In this document: piece after piece, positions 48,269 through 60,198 of the stretch | Layout: each line of letters begins with the position of its first letter | How positions within the stretch are numbered: position 1 is the stretch's first letter | Assembly (NCBI RefSeq): GCF_036321535.1 | Contig: NC_087438.1 | Location: 932,001-996,000 of the forward strand | Length of the DNA stretch: 64,000 nt | Direction of reading: 5' to 3' | Source: Camelus dromedarius | Taxonomy: Eukaryota | Notes under the pieces: generated by a model | The model's input: only the letters and a program-made list of their open reading frames with translations | Told to the model about the DNA's origin: nothing | Database searches by the model: none | Made by a program: the position numbers and the translations under genes

Positions 48269-50301
48269 TCTCCCACCACGCGTGCCCCACTGTCTGAATC
48301 ACAGGGCCGCACTTTAGTTTAGCATCTTCTGAACTATTCCTCCTGAGTCTGAAGAAAGTTTTTTTAAAGCTCTGTACTAGGGTACAAAAAAGTCAGTGTA
48401 TTTCGTATAAGATTGTTTTCCCCACAAGAGCTGGGGAGCTGGACCCCCAGGAGGCTCCCGCCCTTTCCTGCGGGGCAGCTTGGGGCTGAGGCCAGGTGAG
48501 GGCAGGTCCGTGGGCTTCTGCTCCTTCAGGCGCTCAGGACAGGCAGTGTCCTCAGCCCCGCCTGCACCTGGGGCCGGGAGCCGGGGCCTCACAAGGAGGG
48601 GCGTGGGCAGATCGGACGACCTGGATGCGGCTTTTTATTCTCATGCCTGGATTTTTCCAGGGCCATCTGAGCCAGGGCTGCCGGGAAACACAGAAGTCCC
48701 AGTTCAATTTGAATTTCAATGATACAGCAAAGATTCTTTTTTATTGTTGTTGTTTAAGCATATGTGAGCCCCATTTACATCTGGGACTTGCTGTTTGTCT
48801 GAAGTCCTGCCCTTTTGCCGGTGCTCGTGTTTGGTTTCGCTGCCCAGCCAGCCCTCTCAGGATCCCACTTGCGGGTCTGCGGGGTTTCCTCCAAGCTCAG
48901 GGTGGCACCGCTGGGGAACCCTGGCAGCGGGAGGGGCCTCGTCGCAGAGGTGCACGTGCAATCTTTCAGAGCACGTGTCTGACATCGCAGAACCACTTTT
49001 GAGGAGAACCAGGGTCCCGCCAGACGCCCAGGCACAGGAGGTACGGGGGACGGGTCACCTTCCCGGGGCCCGGCCACCTCAGTCCCACTGGGCTGATCTT
49101 CCCGCCCTTTGGTGAACATGACCACTGGCCGCTGGGCCCAAGAAACAAGCACGGGCTCCCTGAGTCAGCCTTGCCCACACTCACTCTGTGATCCTGACCT
49201 GGCCCCTCCCTGAGCTTCCAAGTCTCATCTGAAAAGGGAGGCGGGTCGGGTGACATTTGGAATCCACGTTTGTTCTACAGCCTTCAGTGCAGGTAGTTTC
49301 ATCTGGAGTGCTGCTCAGAGAAACAGAGATGTACGGTGGGCACCAAGACATGGAATGATTTTATTTCACTGTTATGGATGAAAGAGATTCTGGTTTCAAG
49401 TTTTCTTCCTCATTATACTTCCGGTCCTTGCCGTGGGGAGGACGGTCACTCTGACGCCCGCAGGTGTGTTAGGAGCCATGGGCTGGGGAAATGTGCGGTG
49501 TTTTCTCTCTGCTGTGAAGCAGCGGGCAGCCTTCAGCACCCCCGAGCTGGGCACTCAGTCAGCTCAACGGGACCACTGGACAGTCAGAAATCTGCCCCGT
49601 CCCCAGGACAGCGGCCGTCAGACCGCGGGGCACTGCGGAGGGAACCTGCAGACCTGCCGCCGCGGCCGCAGTCGGGAGGATGCGGTGGAGGAGCTGCAGA
49701 TCCTGCACTCTGCTCTGAGCCCAGCGTCCGGGCAGGGCAGCAGAAGGCCGGCCAGCCTGAGCCGCTCCTTCTCACGACTCCTTCGGGGCTCTGAAGTCAG
49801 CTGTCAGAGGCTGCCGCGCCTCCTGCACTGGCTCTGGTCCCCCCAGCCTGCTTGCCCCGTGTACACAGGTCACCCTCCTCCCCTACCTGCTGCCCCAGGC
49901 AGTCCCTCCGGACCCACAGGAGAGCACCGCATGGGGGGAGGGGGTTGTGTCCATCCTGAAAAGGCCACGTGTCATTGTGTCAAATGCCAAAGAGCTGCTC
50001 GCACCTTCTGCATCCGCGCGACGTCGGAGGGAACAGCGCCTGGCTGAGCGGCGCTTTCAGGGCTAGAAAGGGGCCCAGCGGTCAGGCACCTGGGCCGGGT
50101 CTCTGCGGCCTCGCGGGGAACCAGGTGGAGGGAGCAGCAGTCAGAGCGGAGGGGACCCGCAGGAGGGGATGTGGTCCCAGGGCAGCCTCAGCCCGCAGCG
50201 AGCGAGGCACCAAGGCCTCAGCCCGTCCACTACGAGGACACGAACCTGCCAACTGTCACAGAGGAGCCTGGAAGCGACCTGGGACCCCACGGTAGAGAGG
50301 G

Positions 50302-50408
50302 CTGCGGCCCCGCCCAGTCCCCTGCGGCCCCGCCTAGTCCCCTGCGGCCCCACCCACTCCTCCTGCGGCCCCGCCCAGTCCCCTGCGGCCCCGCCCAGTC
50401 CTCCTGCG
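50302..50408. repeat. GC-rich minisatellite, about 5 copies of a 20-21-bp unit (CTGCGGCCCCGCCCAGTCCC)
   Basis: Units start at 50302, 50322, 50342, 50363 and 50383. Confidence 0.92.
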
Positions 50409-50837
50409 CCGAGGGCCCAGCGGAGCCAGGCTGCTCCCCGAGGCACAGAAGCTGCGCTGGTCCGAGGGTGGGAAGGCAGCGACAGTAACTGAGACGCTGC
50501 GCGCCTCGGAAGGTCCTGCTCGGCGGGAGTGGGGCCCCGCCCGGCGCACCGCACACAGAGCGGTTTCTGTCATTTCCCCATCGAATCTGCACCGCAGTCC
50601 CAAGGACTGCGCCCTGCAGCCCTGCACGGGGGACCTGCGGGTTGTGAACGCCCCTGGTCCACCGCGGGGCTCACAGACCGTGTCCCGGCGGGCGCCACCC
50701 CAGAGGCCCTCCCTCCCGGGCGACGGCCGTTGCCTGGCTGCCCGTGTGCTGGAAGCACTTCTGGCAAATACACCTTCAAACAAGGACAGAGAAGGGCGCC
50801 GGATGGACAGACGGTGACAGTCCCCTGGGCCAGGCCA

Positions 50838-50995
50838 TCGACACACGCGATGCACACGTACACCTCACACAGACACAGTTCACGCGTGATTCACATGCCG
50901 GAGTTGTACACAATCCACACACACGTAACACACACTTTGAACACGCAATTCACAGTGATCCATTCACACACACAGTTCTCACGGCCTCATACACC
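50838..50995. repeat. Degenerate (CA)-rich low-complexity tract
   Basis: Directly visible ACAC-rich run. Confidence 0.7.
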
Positions 50996-52489
50996 CCCGG
51001 GGTCCTCCCCGCCCCTGACTCCTGCCCCCTCTGCCGTGCCCCTGAGTCCCCACCCCAACCTCCCAGCCTCACCTGGTGTCTGGAGGCCTCACAACTCACA
51101 TCTGCTTTATTGCTCCGATAAAAATCCAGGCTGCTTGGAAATGTCACCGTTTTCCTGGGACTTTTCTATCTCCTGCCCTGACGGCCACTCTGCACCGCAC
51201 ACATGCACAGTCCGCGTGCACACACCACCCCTGTCCTACCATCCCTGACTGAGGGTCTTCTGGGCACCTGAAGACCAGCCAGCTAGTCTGGTCTGCTAGG
51301 GCCTGGAAGGGCCACCCCATGGAGTCCCTACCCTGAGGGACACAGGCAGTGGCCTGTGCAAGGGTTGCCTGGCCTCAGCCGGCATCTGGACTGAGGAACG
51401 GACAGGGATCGGGGCACTGGGGTCTGTCCCCCGACCCCCCCGGGCTGGGGCTCTCAGCACCACCCTCAGGACAGAGTCCCCCCTCCCCACCTGCATCTCT
51501 ACTGCTCCTGCCTCTGCATCAAGCCATCCACTGCCCTCTCCGTTCACTGTCCCCTTAGCAGGGTCTCCACGGTCCCCTCCCTCCTCAAGGTGCAGATGAC
51601 ATGGGTCAGTCATGGGCTGGAAGGCCTTCAGTCCTTCCTCATCCCTTGTTTTGTGCGGAGGAACGGGGGCTGCAGCAGCAAGCCTGTGGATGTGGAGCTG
51701 GGGACGGAGGAAGATCAGGTGCAGGGGTGCAGCGGGGCCCAGGGCTTTGGTCGGTGATGAGGGACCGGATCACCCTCCCCGAGCCCACGGGCACCTGGGG
51801 CTACAGAGGGTCTTGCTGGCACCGAGGCTGGGGCATCCCGGGACCCCTGCTGTGCCGTCCCCAGAGAGGCAGTGAACGCCTGTCCCCAGACACACCTCCA
51901 GCTTCTCCTGGAACCTCAGGCTGCCCTGACCAGACATTTCAGCCCCAGGACATCCGGCTCCCAGCTCAACTGGATGGGCACAACTCACTTGTGTTCAATA
52001 AAGGACAACATGAGATCTCATTAGAGTAACTATGTCAGATTAAATGTGTTTTCGTGAACAAGAGTTGGGCCCCTTTAGGAATGCCTGCAATTTGCTTTGT
52101 CTTGCTGAAAACAATATTTTCCCCAAAGACCCCGGCATGGGCCATTACAAAATGTGATTCATATTGCATAAGCTCCGGGCGCTTGGCACAAATGTGGACT
52201 CAGGCTGCAGTGCAGCATTTGTGCCCTGCTGTGAGCTTGCTGCCTGTAAGTCATGCGAGCCCCAGGGCGCTCGGCCGCCTCGCCCCCGGTGCACTCCAGC
52301 TTCCTGGCTGCAGCAGGGACAGTCTGCCGCCCCCTTTGCCTTGCACAAAGAATGGCCCAACATGCGGCTTCATGCCAGCTCCCCTGAATCTCACACACCA
52401 CACCTGTCCTTGTCCAGAGACCGCCGGCTTTGCTTGGGATGATGGCGGGCTCATGCAGGGGAGGGAGACAAGAGAGCAGGGGTGCATTC

Positions 52490-53400
52490 TCAGCATGAGA
52501 AGCAAACAAAGGCCTGGCACCCAGGCGTCTAAGGGAAAAACAGACAGCCCGGGAGAGGGACACAAAAAAGACGCACAGGGTTGACACAAATACGGAATCG
52601 TTGTGTTGTTGTGTGAAATGATTTGTCATATGCTGATTACATTTCAATAAAAAAAGACTTACAGAGCACTTCACAGCACCGAGATTCAAACAGACAAGAA
52701 CTGGACAGGGAGGTGAGGGCTCCCACGAGCATCACAGTGGGAGGCACGCCCCACCAGGCGGTGCAGGGGGACATGCTGCCAGTGAGGACGTGGGCAGTAG
52801 CACTCCTGCTCCCTCCCATGGCCTGGAGTTAGCCCGGGACGTGGCACAGCCACACCCAGGCTCACAAGTGCACCTGGACCAGGATGCCCACCGGGACCGC
52901 TTGTGTGTGACGGCCCCATGATGGAGACAGCTCAGATGTCTACCAGTGGCGGGATGGATGAATAAAGTCTGGGACAGTCAGGGCATGAAATACCATGCAG
53001 CCAGGAAAACAAACCAAGGGGAGCCAAGGACCACGCCATGGAGCACCTGGGTGTCCTGCTCCACGGCCCTCAGGACACAGCAGCCCAGCAGCCTCAGGGC
53101 AGAGCAGAGATGCCCAGTCCCCTCCCAGGCCGGTCTGCACTGCGCACTCCAGGGCAGGGCTGACACCTTCACTTCAGCCATGGATCTGGGGCAGCAGGAG
53201 ACCCGAGTGATGACAGCTCTCAGTACAGACGCATTCATGCGCATGTTTCCAAAGGAAGCGCGGGGAGGTCAGAGGGAAAATCAGTGACAGTCTCCCGGGG
53301 GTGCAGGTAGGAGGGAAGACCTCCCCTCGTACGTTCCATTATATGCTGGGCTCCGGATGCCTTGAAGCTTTGTACAAATGAAGAATAAAATTAAAGCAAA
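52490..53400 (+). mobile_element. Very old L1ME 3' region, GC-shifted, containing a nested L1 tip
   Basis: AAAGAC..GCACTTCACA, GGAGACAGCTCAGATGTCTACCAGTGGCGGGATGGATGAATAAA and GAAATACCATGCAGC. Confidence 0.6.
52564..52664 (+). mobile_element. About 70-bp L1MA-like 3' tip with TSD
   Basis: AAAAAAGACGCACAG (52564-52578) and AAAAAAGACTTACAG (52650-52664) flank ...CAAATACGGAATCGTTGTGTTG...ATTTCAATAAA. Confidence 0.6.
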
Positions 53401-53995
53401 GAGAAGAAAACGCAATCCCGGAAAATTGAAAACAAGCTAAAACAAAAGAACCTGATTGTGTATCAAGCTGATGACAAGACCCCCGGGAGAAAAGCATTGT
53501 TTCAAGTGACTTGAGAACACAGTGTTTTGACTGTTTGTCCTCCGCGGAAAATACTGTAAGGAAGTTATCCTTAGGGGAGGGGCAGGGGAGACCAGCCAGG
53601 CCCTTCAGAGGTAGAGGAGGGGGTGGGGTGCTGGGAGGGAGGGAGACAGACAGAAAGGGGCAGAAACAGAGGGGGAGACAGAGCGTAAACCAGACATCGT
53701 GGGCGAGTGTTGACGTCCCCAGGAACACGGGCAGCCCAGGGGAGCCATCCTCATGGGGACCACGCCCAGCAGGGCGGATGCTCGGCTCTCCCCTCCCCCA
53801 CCACACTTGCAGGCCTTCGGGGTCCTTCCAGCTCCCCATGGCTCCAGGCGGCACCCTTTCCCCTCCTCTTGTCCCCCAACTCCCAGACGCTTACAAAGAC
53901 CCCTCCTCCGGGGTCCTGCCCTCTGTCTGGTCCCCCGTCCACGTCCACTCCCAACACAGCACCCAGGGGGATCTCTCAAAGCCCGTGCAATGACA

Positions 53996-54088
53996 GGGAG
54001 GGCATAGGTCAGTGGTGGAGCACACGCTTAGCATGCATGAGGTCCTGGGTCCAACCTGCAGTACCTCTATTAAAAAACAAACAAATAA
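53996..54088 (+). mobile_element. Vic-1-like SINE head
   Basis: GGGAGGGCATAGGTCAGTGGTGGAGCACACGCTTAGCATGCATGAGGTCCTGGGTCCAA..AGTACCTC followed by an A-rich tail. Confidence 0.9.
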
Positions 54089-54345
54089 GTAGTGATATTG
54101 AGCATTTCTTCATGTACCTATTGATCATTTGTATTTCTTCCTTGGAGAATTGCTTATTTACGTCTTCTGCCCATTTTTGGATTGGGTTGTTTGTTTTTTT
54201 CTTATTAAGTTGTATGAGCTGCTTATATATTCTGGAGATCAAGCCTTTGTCGGTTTCATTTGCAAAAATTTTCTCGCATTCTGCAGGTTGTCGTTTTGTT
54301 TTACTTACGGTTTCCTTTGCTGTGCAGAAGCTTGTAAGTTTAATT
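54089..54345 (-). mobile_element. Inverted 5' segment of a young L1 (ORF2)
   Basis: Minus-strand translation [29 protein letters not shown]...[33 protein letters not shown] is L1 ORF2. Confidence 0.95.
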
Positions 54346-55118
54346 ATCACCTCACACCGGTCAGAATGGCCATCATTCAAAAGTTCACAAATGACAAGAG
54401 GCTGTGGAGAAAAGGGAACCCTCCTACACTGCTGGTGGGAATGCAGTTTGGTGCAGCCACTGTGGAAAACAGTATGGAGATTCCTCAGAAGACTAGGAAT
54501 AGACTTACCGTATAACCCAGGAATCCCGCTCCTGGGCATATATCCAGAAGGAACCTACTTCAAAGAGACACTTGCACCCCAATGTTCACAGCAGCACTAT
54601 TTATAATAGCCAAGACATGGGAACAGCCTAAATGTCCATAAACAGATGATGGAATAAAGAAGCTGTGGTATATATACAATGGAATACTATTCAGCCACAA
54701 AAATGACAACATAACGCCATTTGCAGCAACATGGATGTCCCTGGAGAATGTCATTCTAAGTGAAGTAAGCCAGAAAGAGAAAGAAAAATACCATATGAGA
54801 TCTCGCGTATGTGGAATCTTGAAAAAAAATGAGCATAAATACAAAACAGAAACAGACTCATAGACATAGAATACAAACGTGTGGTTGTCAGGGAGTTAGA
54901 AATTTGTAGATACTGACAGGCATACGCAGAATAGATAAACAAGACTGTACTGTGTAGCACAGGGAAATATATACAAGATCTTGCGGTAGCTCACAGCGAA
55001 AAAGAATGTGACAATGAATGTATGTATGTTCGTGTATAATTGAAAAACTGCTCTGCACTGGAATTTGACACAACATTGTAAAATGACTGTAACTCAATAA
55101 AAAAATGTAAAAACACAC
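54346..55118 (+). mobile_element. Young L1: ORF2 C-terminus, 3' UTR and poly(A) signal
   Basis: Plus-strand [10 protein letters not shown] and [28 protein letters not shown] (CCHC region). AATAAA at 55096-55101. Confidence 0.95.
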
Positions 55119-55292
55119 AAACAAACAAATAAAAAATAGACTGTTCTAACATACTTTTTAAAAAGCACACTCATGTACACATACACACAACACACACACA
55201 CAAACCCTGCAGGCACGTGTGCAGGCACAAGGCAAAGATCACCGCTCAGGAGGAACTGGGTGCAGGGCCGGCTGCGAGACGAGACTTCTGCT

Positions 55293-55333
55293 AAATAAAT
55301 AAATAAACCTAATTATTTCTCCTGCCCAAAAAA
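55293..55333 (+). mobile_element. Isolated Vic-1-like SINE tail
   Basis: AAATAAATAAATAAACCTAATTA matches the tail of the SINE copy at 16722-16848. Confidence 0.7.
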
Positions 55334-57939
55334 GTACTCCTTAAAAAGCCACGCAAGCCCAGGCCACCCCCTTGTCTGCTCCCAGCCCCAGAGGCCCCTA
55401 CTCATGTGCAGGATGAGAGCGGTTCCGCAGCCTCAGCGCCTGCCTCCCACCCCTCCGGGCCCCTCCCCTCGGGAGCCAGGCCTGCTCTGCACTTGCTGCT
55501 CGGCGCGCGGAGGAGGGTGGGGATGCTTGGCTGGCGGAGGGTTCTAGCTGTCTGGGAAGGTCCCACTGTCTAGTGGGAGGCAATCCCACTGTCCAGGGGT
55601 CTCTCTGCCTGATGAGGAGGTCCCACTGTCCCAGGGTCTTTCTGTCCAGGTCGGGGACTCCCAGCTGTCTGGTGGAGGTGTCCCAGCACCCTGGGGGGCA
55701 CACATCTATTTTTCTCCCTCCTGGAGTCTCCTCTGTGTCCCCTCCAGGGCCAGGTCCAGATGCTGTGACACAAAGAACCAGACAAAGGCCTTTACCCTCT
55801 CGGGAATTCTGGGGGAGACAGAAAAACAGGAGCGTCGGTCTAGAGGGTCCAGCTGGTCACAGTGGGGTCACTGCCCTCGCTTTTCCCTGCAGTGGACACA
55901 GTGCTGCATCGTGGAGAGTGAAGGATGAGGGGTTAGATCGTCTGAACTGGCAACAAGGCACCTCTGCAGCTCTGATCTTACAAGAAGCATCTCTCCTCCA
56001 AGGAGGGGCTCTGCCCTGGGCGGTGCTACGGAGCTCCTGCCAGGCTGGCAGCGTCACATAAATTTTACCTGGAAACCAAGGGCTGGGGTGTTAGGTGCTG
56101 CGGGAAAGTCAGGCTCCCATGCAGGTTCTTAGGGAGAATGAGGGAGCAGGGAGAGGGTGAGAACAGGGACCCAACACAAGGAAACAGAAAAGGAAAGAAT
56201 CTTCTCTTAAGGAGGGTAAACAGACCCGGGAAATGTGAGCTCAGGGCTCCAGGCTCCCACTTGTGAGGTGAGAGGGACCCCGCAGGGTCTGAGCCCCAGT
56301 CGCAGAAAACCACCCTTTCTGCCCTGAGCTCAGACCTCGGTCCCCAGAGCTGCTGTCCCTGGACCCCATGGGTCCTTCCCTGAACCCTGGGGCCACCACC
56401 ACCGGCACCGCCTGCGGGAAGGCCTGGGAGCCACGAGGGGCAGCTGGGCCCCTTGATGGAGGAGCTGTGAGGGAGAAGCCGTCCCAGAGGAGGGGCGGAG
56501 CATGCAGGGAGGACGCCTGCTCCCGGCCTGGCACCCTGCGGTCAGCCACCACACGAAGGCTGCGGCTCCGGCTCTGACGTCCCCGTGGTCCAGCTGACCC
56601 CAGCACCCAGCCCGACCAGGCTGGCTGCTTCGTGGCGCCCGGGCCCCATCTCAGGGGCCCTGGTGTCGGAAACCGACAAGCACAAGCCGTGTGCAAGCTC
56701 GTGTTTCACAAACGGGAGGAGGGACTGCAAACGCTTTAACCTTTTACCTTTGAGGGAAGAGAGGGGAGGGCGGGGAAGGGATGGGGGAAATCCCAGGTCC
56801 CTGAGCCCCTTCGCTGTGTTTAGCGGTGACTTTGACACCCTGTAAATATCTTACATAACTGTAAGGAAATTTAAAAAGTTCAGTCCCTAAAAATTGAAAA
56901 CAAACTACCTGCTCCCTCGGCGTCAAGTGAAGGACGCAGCCCCACGAACTATTCTGAGGGGCGTTTAAACACTGAGGGACCTGAACTCCTGAGCGGGGTG
57001 GAAGCTAGAAAAATACAAAACAAAATACAGTCGGTGTCCCGCTGTTCCTGGGGGGTCCCCTGCATCCCGAGGCTCTGGTTGTGAATGTGGGAGAAGGCAG
57101 CTGCGTTAGGATGGTTTTGTCCAGAACCAGGATCTTCAGCACCGAGAACAGACTTGAAGACGCCCGCGGTTTAACGCAAATCCAGGCTGAGCGGGAGCTC
57201 TCGGCGTGAACACAGGGCCCGCTTCTGATAAGAACAACCAGGAGGAGGAGTCTTCCTGCGGTTTACAGAAGGCACAGGGGATGAGGGGCTGTCTAGGCCT
57301 GGGACACCGCCATCAAGGTTCCAGTGGCTGGAAGGATGGGGCCCTGCGGGTGTGGCCGCTCTGTGGGGTGAGCAGGCAGCGCTGACCGGCAGCAGTTTGC
57401 GCCTCCTGCCCCAGGCCACGGGCGTCTCCTCAGTGACCCCGTCGTTGGCGAACCCCCTTTGGCACTCAGAGTCGGGGGATAAGGTCTCCAGAAGCTTCTG
57501 CTGGAGGCGAAGGGGACACAGGTGGGCACGTGAGGATCCGTGGACCAGTGCCCACCTTCCTGGGGCAGCCTTCGGCCCCAGCCCCGGAGGGAAATCAGGG
57601 AGCCCCGGGTCCCTCTCCCCAGTGCCCAGCGGCCCTCTGGTGGCGCTTCCTGCCGGACGGCACCTGGCCGTTTCCCGTGCCAGGACTCTGAGTGCCGCTG
57701 TCCCCCTGGGCTGACTCACCTCTCTGGGCAGCAGAGTGCCGTCCTCTGCCCTGAAACGCAGCGCTGTCACGTGGCTGGAAGGTCTAGCCCCCAGCAAGAT
57801 AATCCCACCAGCAGCGCAGGGCTTCGTTTCCTTAAAAAACCAAGCCTGCACCTGGGGCAGCTTTGAGACCCTACTGCTCCGGCCTGGCCAGCACTGCGGC
57901 GGCTTGTCACTCCATTTAGGTTTTGTTTTGCTTTGTTTT

Positions 57940-58165
57940 ACTCGATGCTTTAATTACCAAAGCAGTGTGTGCTCATTGTAGCAAGTCAAACGGGATAATG
58001 AAAAAGTTGGCCGTCTCCATCCTGGCCTTCAGACCCACCTCTCCGAGGCGTGATGGTGGGAACCGGGTTGTCGCCTCTCTGCGCATTTCTCTACACGCGT
58101 GCAAACATGTGCACAAGTCGAATTACGTGAGTGGCTCGTTTTCTGTCCTGCTGTGACTTTTAAAC
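57940..58165 (-). mobile_element. L1ME/MC 3' end remnant
   Basis: AAAGCAGTGTGTGCTCATTGTAGCAAGTCAAAC resembles the antisense L1ME4/L1MC4 terminus. Confidence 0.45.
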
Positions 58166-58239
58166 GAAACCAGAGCCCACACTGCAACTGTTGCTGCTCA
58201 GAACATTTTTTTTTCCTCTTAATACACTTCTCGGGCTGC

Positions 58240-58750
58240 TTCTGAGTCAATGCCTTCTGCTGAAAGATAACATATTAGGAGGATCTTTTGAAAGGGACTG
58301 TGCATCAAAAACATGAAAATCAGCCATTTCCTGTGGCTTAACCTGCTATCTGTTCTAACGCTTGCAGGAATGAAATAGTTGTTTCAAGGGCTGCTTACCC
58401 TCCGCGGTGGACGCCGCCCAGCGGTAACCAGCATGGAGGCTGCAAATGACAAACAGCTTTAGTGTTAAGAATTGCAGTTCGGGGGACACAGGCTCAGGGG
58501 AAACCAGAAGAGTGTTCCGGGGAGGAGGAAGTGTCAGGGGCTTGTAAAGGCAAAAAGCCCTGGGGTTGTTGCCGTCGCCCGGGGAGGACTCTGGTCTGTC
58601 CTCAGGGTAGGGGTCGGACAAGTGGAATGGCTGCCGTGAGTCACTTTAGGGTGGGGGCCCACAGGTACCTTGAGTTTCTGGCAGACGCCCCAGATGCCTT
58701 CGTTAGGACAATGACTGAGCAAAAGGTCCAATTCCGCCCTGGCTGAGGTG
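58240..58750. mobile_element. Possible ERV LTR fragments
   Basis: AAGAATTGCAGTTCGGGGGACACAG...GAGTGTTCCG...GTCAGGGGCTTGTAAAGGCAAAAAGCC resembles old ERV1 LTRs. Family not resolved. Confidence 0.35.
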
Positions 58751-58829
58751 TACCTGAGTCCCTGTCCTCAGCGGCCTCTGGGCCCCACTTTAGAGACTCT
58801 GAGCAACACTGACTCTATTTCCAATCTCC

Positions 58830-59720
58830 TTCCACAGACAGACCATCCATTCACCCTCCCAGGGTGGACGGACCATGTATTCAACATCTGTCCATGGGAG
58901 ACAGTCAGGACGTTTCCACGTTGGTCCGATAAACATCCTTAAACGTTTATTTCTGTATGCAAATGCTAACGTTTATGTATGAAAAATTCCCCGAAGTGTG
59001 ACTGCCGGGAGAACACGCTCACTTCTAATTCAGGAGACGTGGCCAGATCGCCTTCTCTAGAGGTCGTTTCAGGTCATGGTCCCCAGAAGCCCCCAGGAGC
59101 ACTGCCGTCCCCCTCAGCCCCCGCAGCACCGGGTGTACCGCACTCGGACAAGGGGAGGCGGTGGTCCTCGGGTGGGCTGGTCGTGGTCAGGGCCACGTCC
59201 CCAGCCCTGGTGACGCCGTGCCTGCCAGCCCTCGTCTGCTGACCGGCCTGTCCCCTTGGGCAGGCAGGCCTCCGGCCGCTGGCTGCTCTCCCCTTGGCAC
59301 TCTGGTCCTTTTCCGCATGAAAAGTGAGGAACTTTTCTATACTAAGGAGATTAGCCCTTTGCCATACACCCTGCAGACATTTTTCTCAGTCTTACCACTT
59401 TTTTATTTGCATAACATGTCCTTGCCTTATAAAAACACACAACTCATATAGTAAAACGTATCTAATATTTCTTGGAGATTTTGGGTTTCTGTTTTGATTA
59501 GGAAAATCTCCTCCAGCTTCTGGGTTATAAAATATTATGTTGGCGTTTCCTTGGTGACTGTTGTTTTATCCGTCACTGTTTAGTCTTCAAGCCAGAGCGT
59601 CTTATTCCATGGAGGATGGGGCAGAGTGGCGTTTGTCTGCTCAGCTGGCACGGGGCCTCCGTCCCGCCCGCAGCGTCCATTGCTCTCACCCCGAGTCAGC
59701 GCACAGTCGCCTCCTCAGAG
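58830..59720 (-). mobile_element. L1ME 3' region, antisense, diverged
   Basis: CCATCCATTC, ATAAACATCCTT, AAATTCCCCGAAGTG, GCCAGATCGCC and TAAGGAGATTAGCCCTTTG. Confidence 0.6.
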
Positions 59721-60074
59721 ATCCGAACTCCTAACTCCCTTCACCCTCGTTTCCTCTTGATCCAAACCAAACCAGAAGACTGTGCACACGCACAGCCCTT
59801 CCAGACCCAAACTCCTCCGACTGCCAGAAGGTGTGCTTGGAAAACAACACACTTCCACAGCACTGGCAGGCGGAGGGGTCTCTTCTGCCCAGGACATGAG
59901 ACCCTTTTCTGAAAATGAGCCCTTGGTCCCTGGGCCTGGGAGCCGTGAGCATCTACCCTGAGGGCTCAGCGTGGAGGTCAGGTGCTCCAGAGTCTGCCCA
60001 CCGGAGGGTGACTGCACGGAACACCCTTTCTCAGTTCAGATGGCCCAGGGTGGTGGGGGTCAGCCAGAGTAGGG

Positions 60075-60198
60075 GGTGTGTCTGCGCATTTGTGTGTGTG
60101 TGTCCGTGCCTGTGTGTGCACGTGAGCGCGCGTGCACGTGTGTGCATGACTGTGTGTGCGCGTGCGTGTGCGCGTATGTGCACACGTGTGCCCGTGCG
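60075..60198. repeat. Alternating (TG/CG/CA)n tract
   Basis: Directly visible, e.g. GTGTGTGCGCGTGCGTGTGCGCGTATGTGCACACGTGTG. Confidence 0.9.

Noticed and set aside
50302..50408. Possible CRISPR-like array
   Set aside because: Head-to-tail tandem units without unique spacers, in a mammalian context.
53707..54606. 299-aa ORF
   Set aside because: It is a chimera of flank, SINE, antisense L1 and sense L1 ORF2 created by the inversion, not a host gene.
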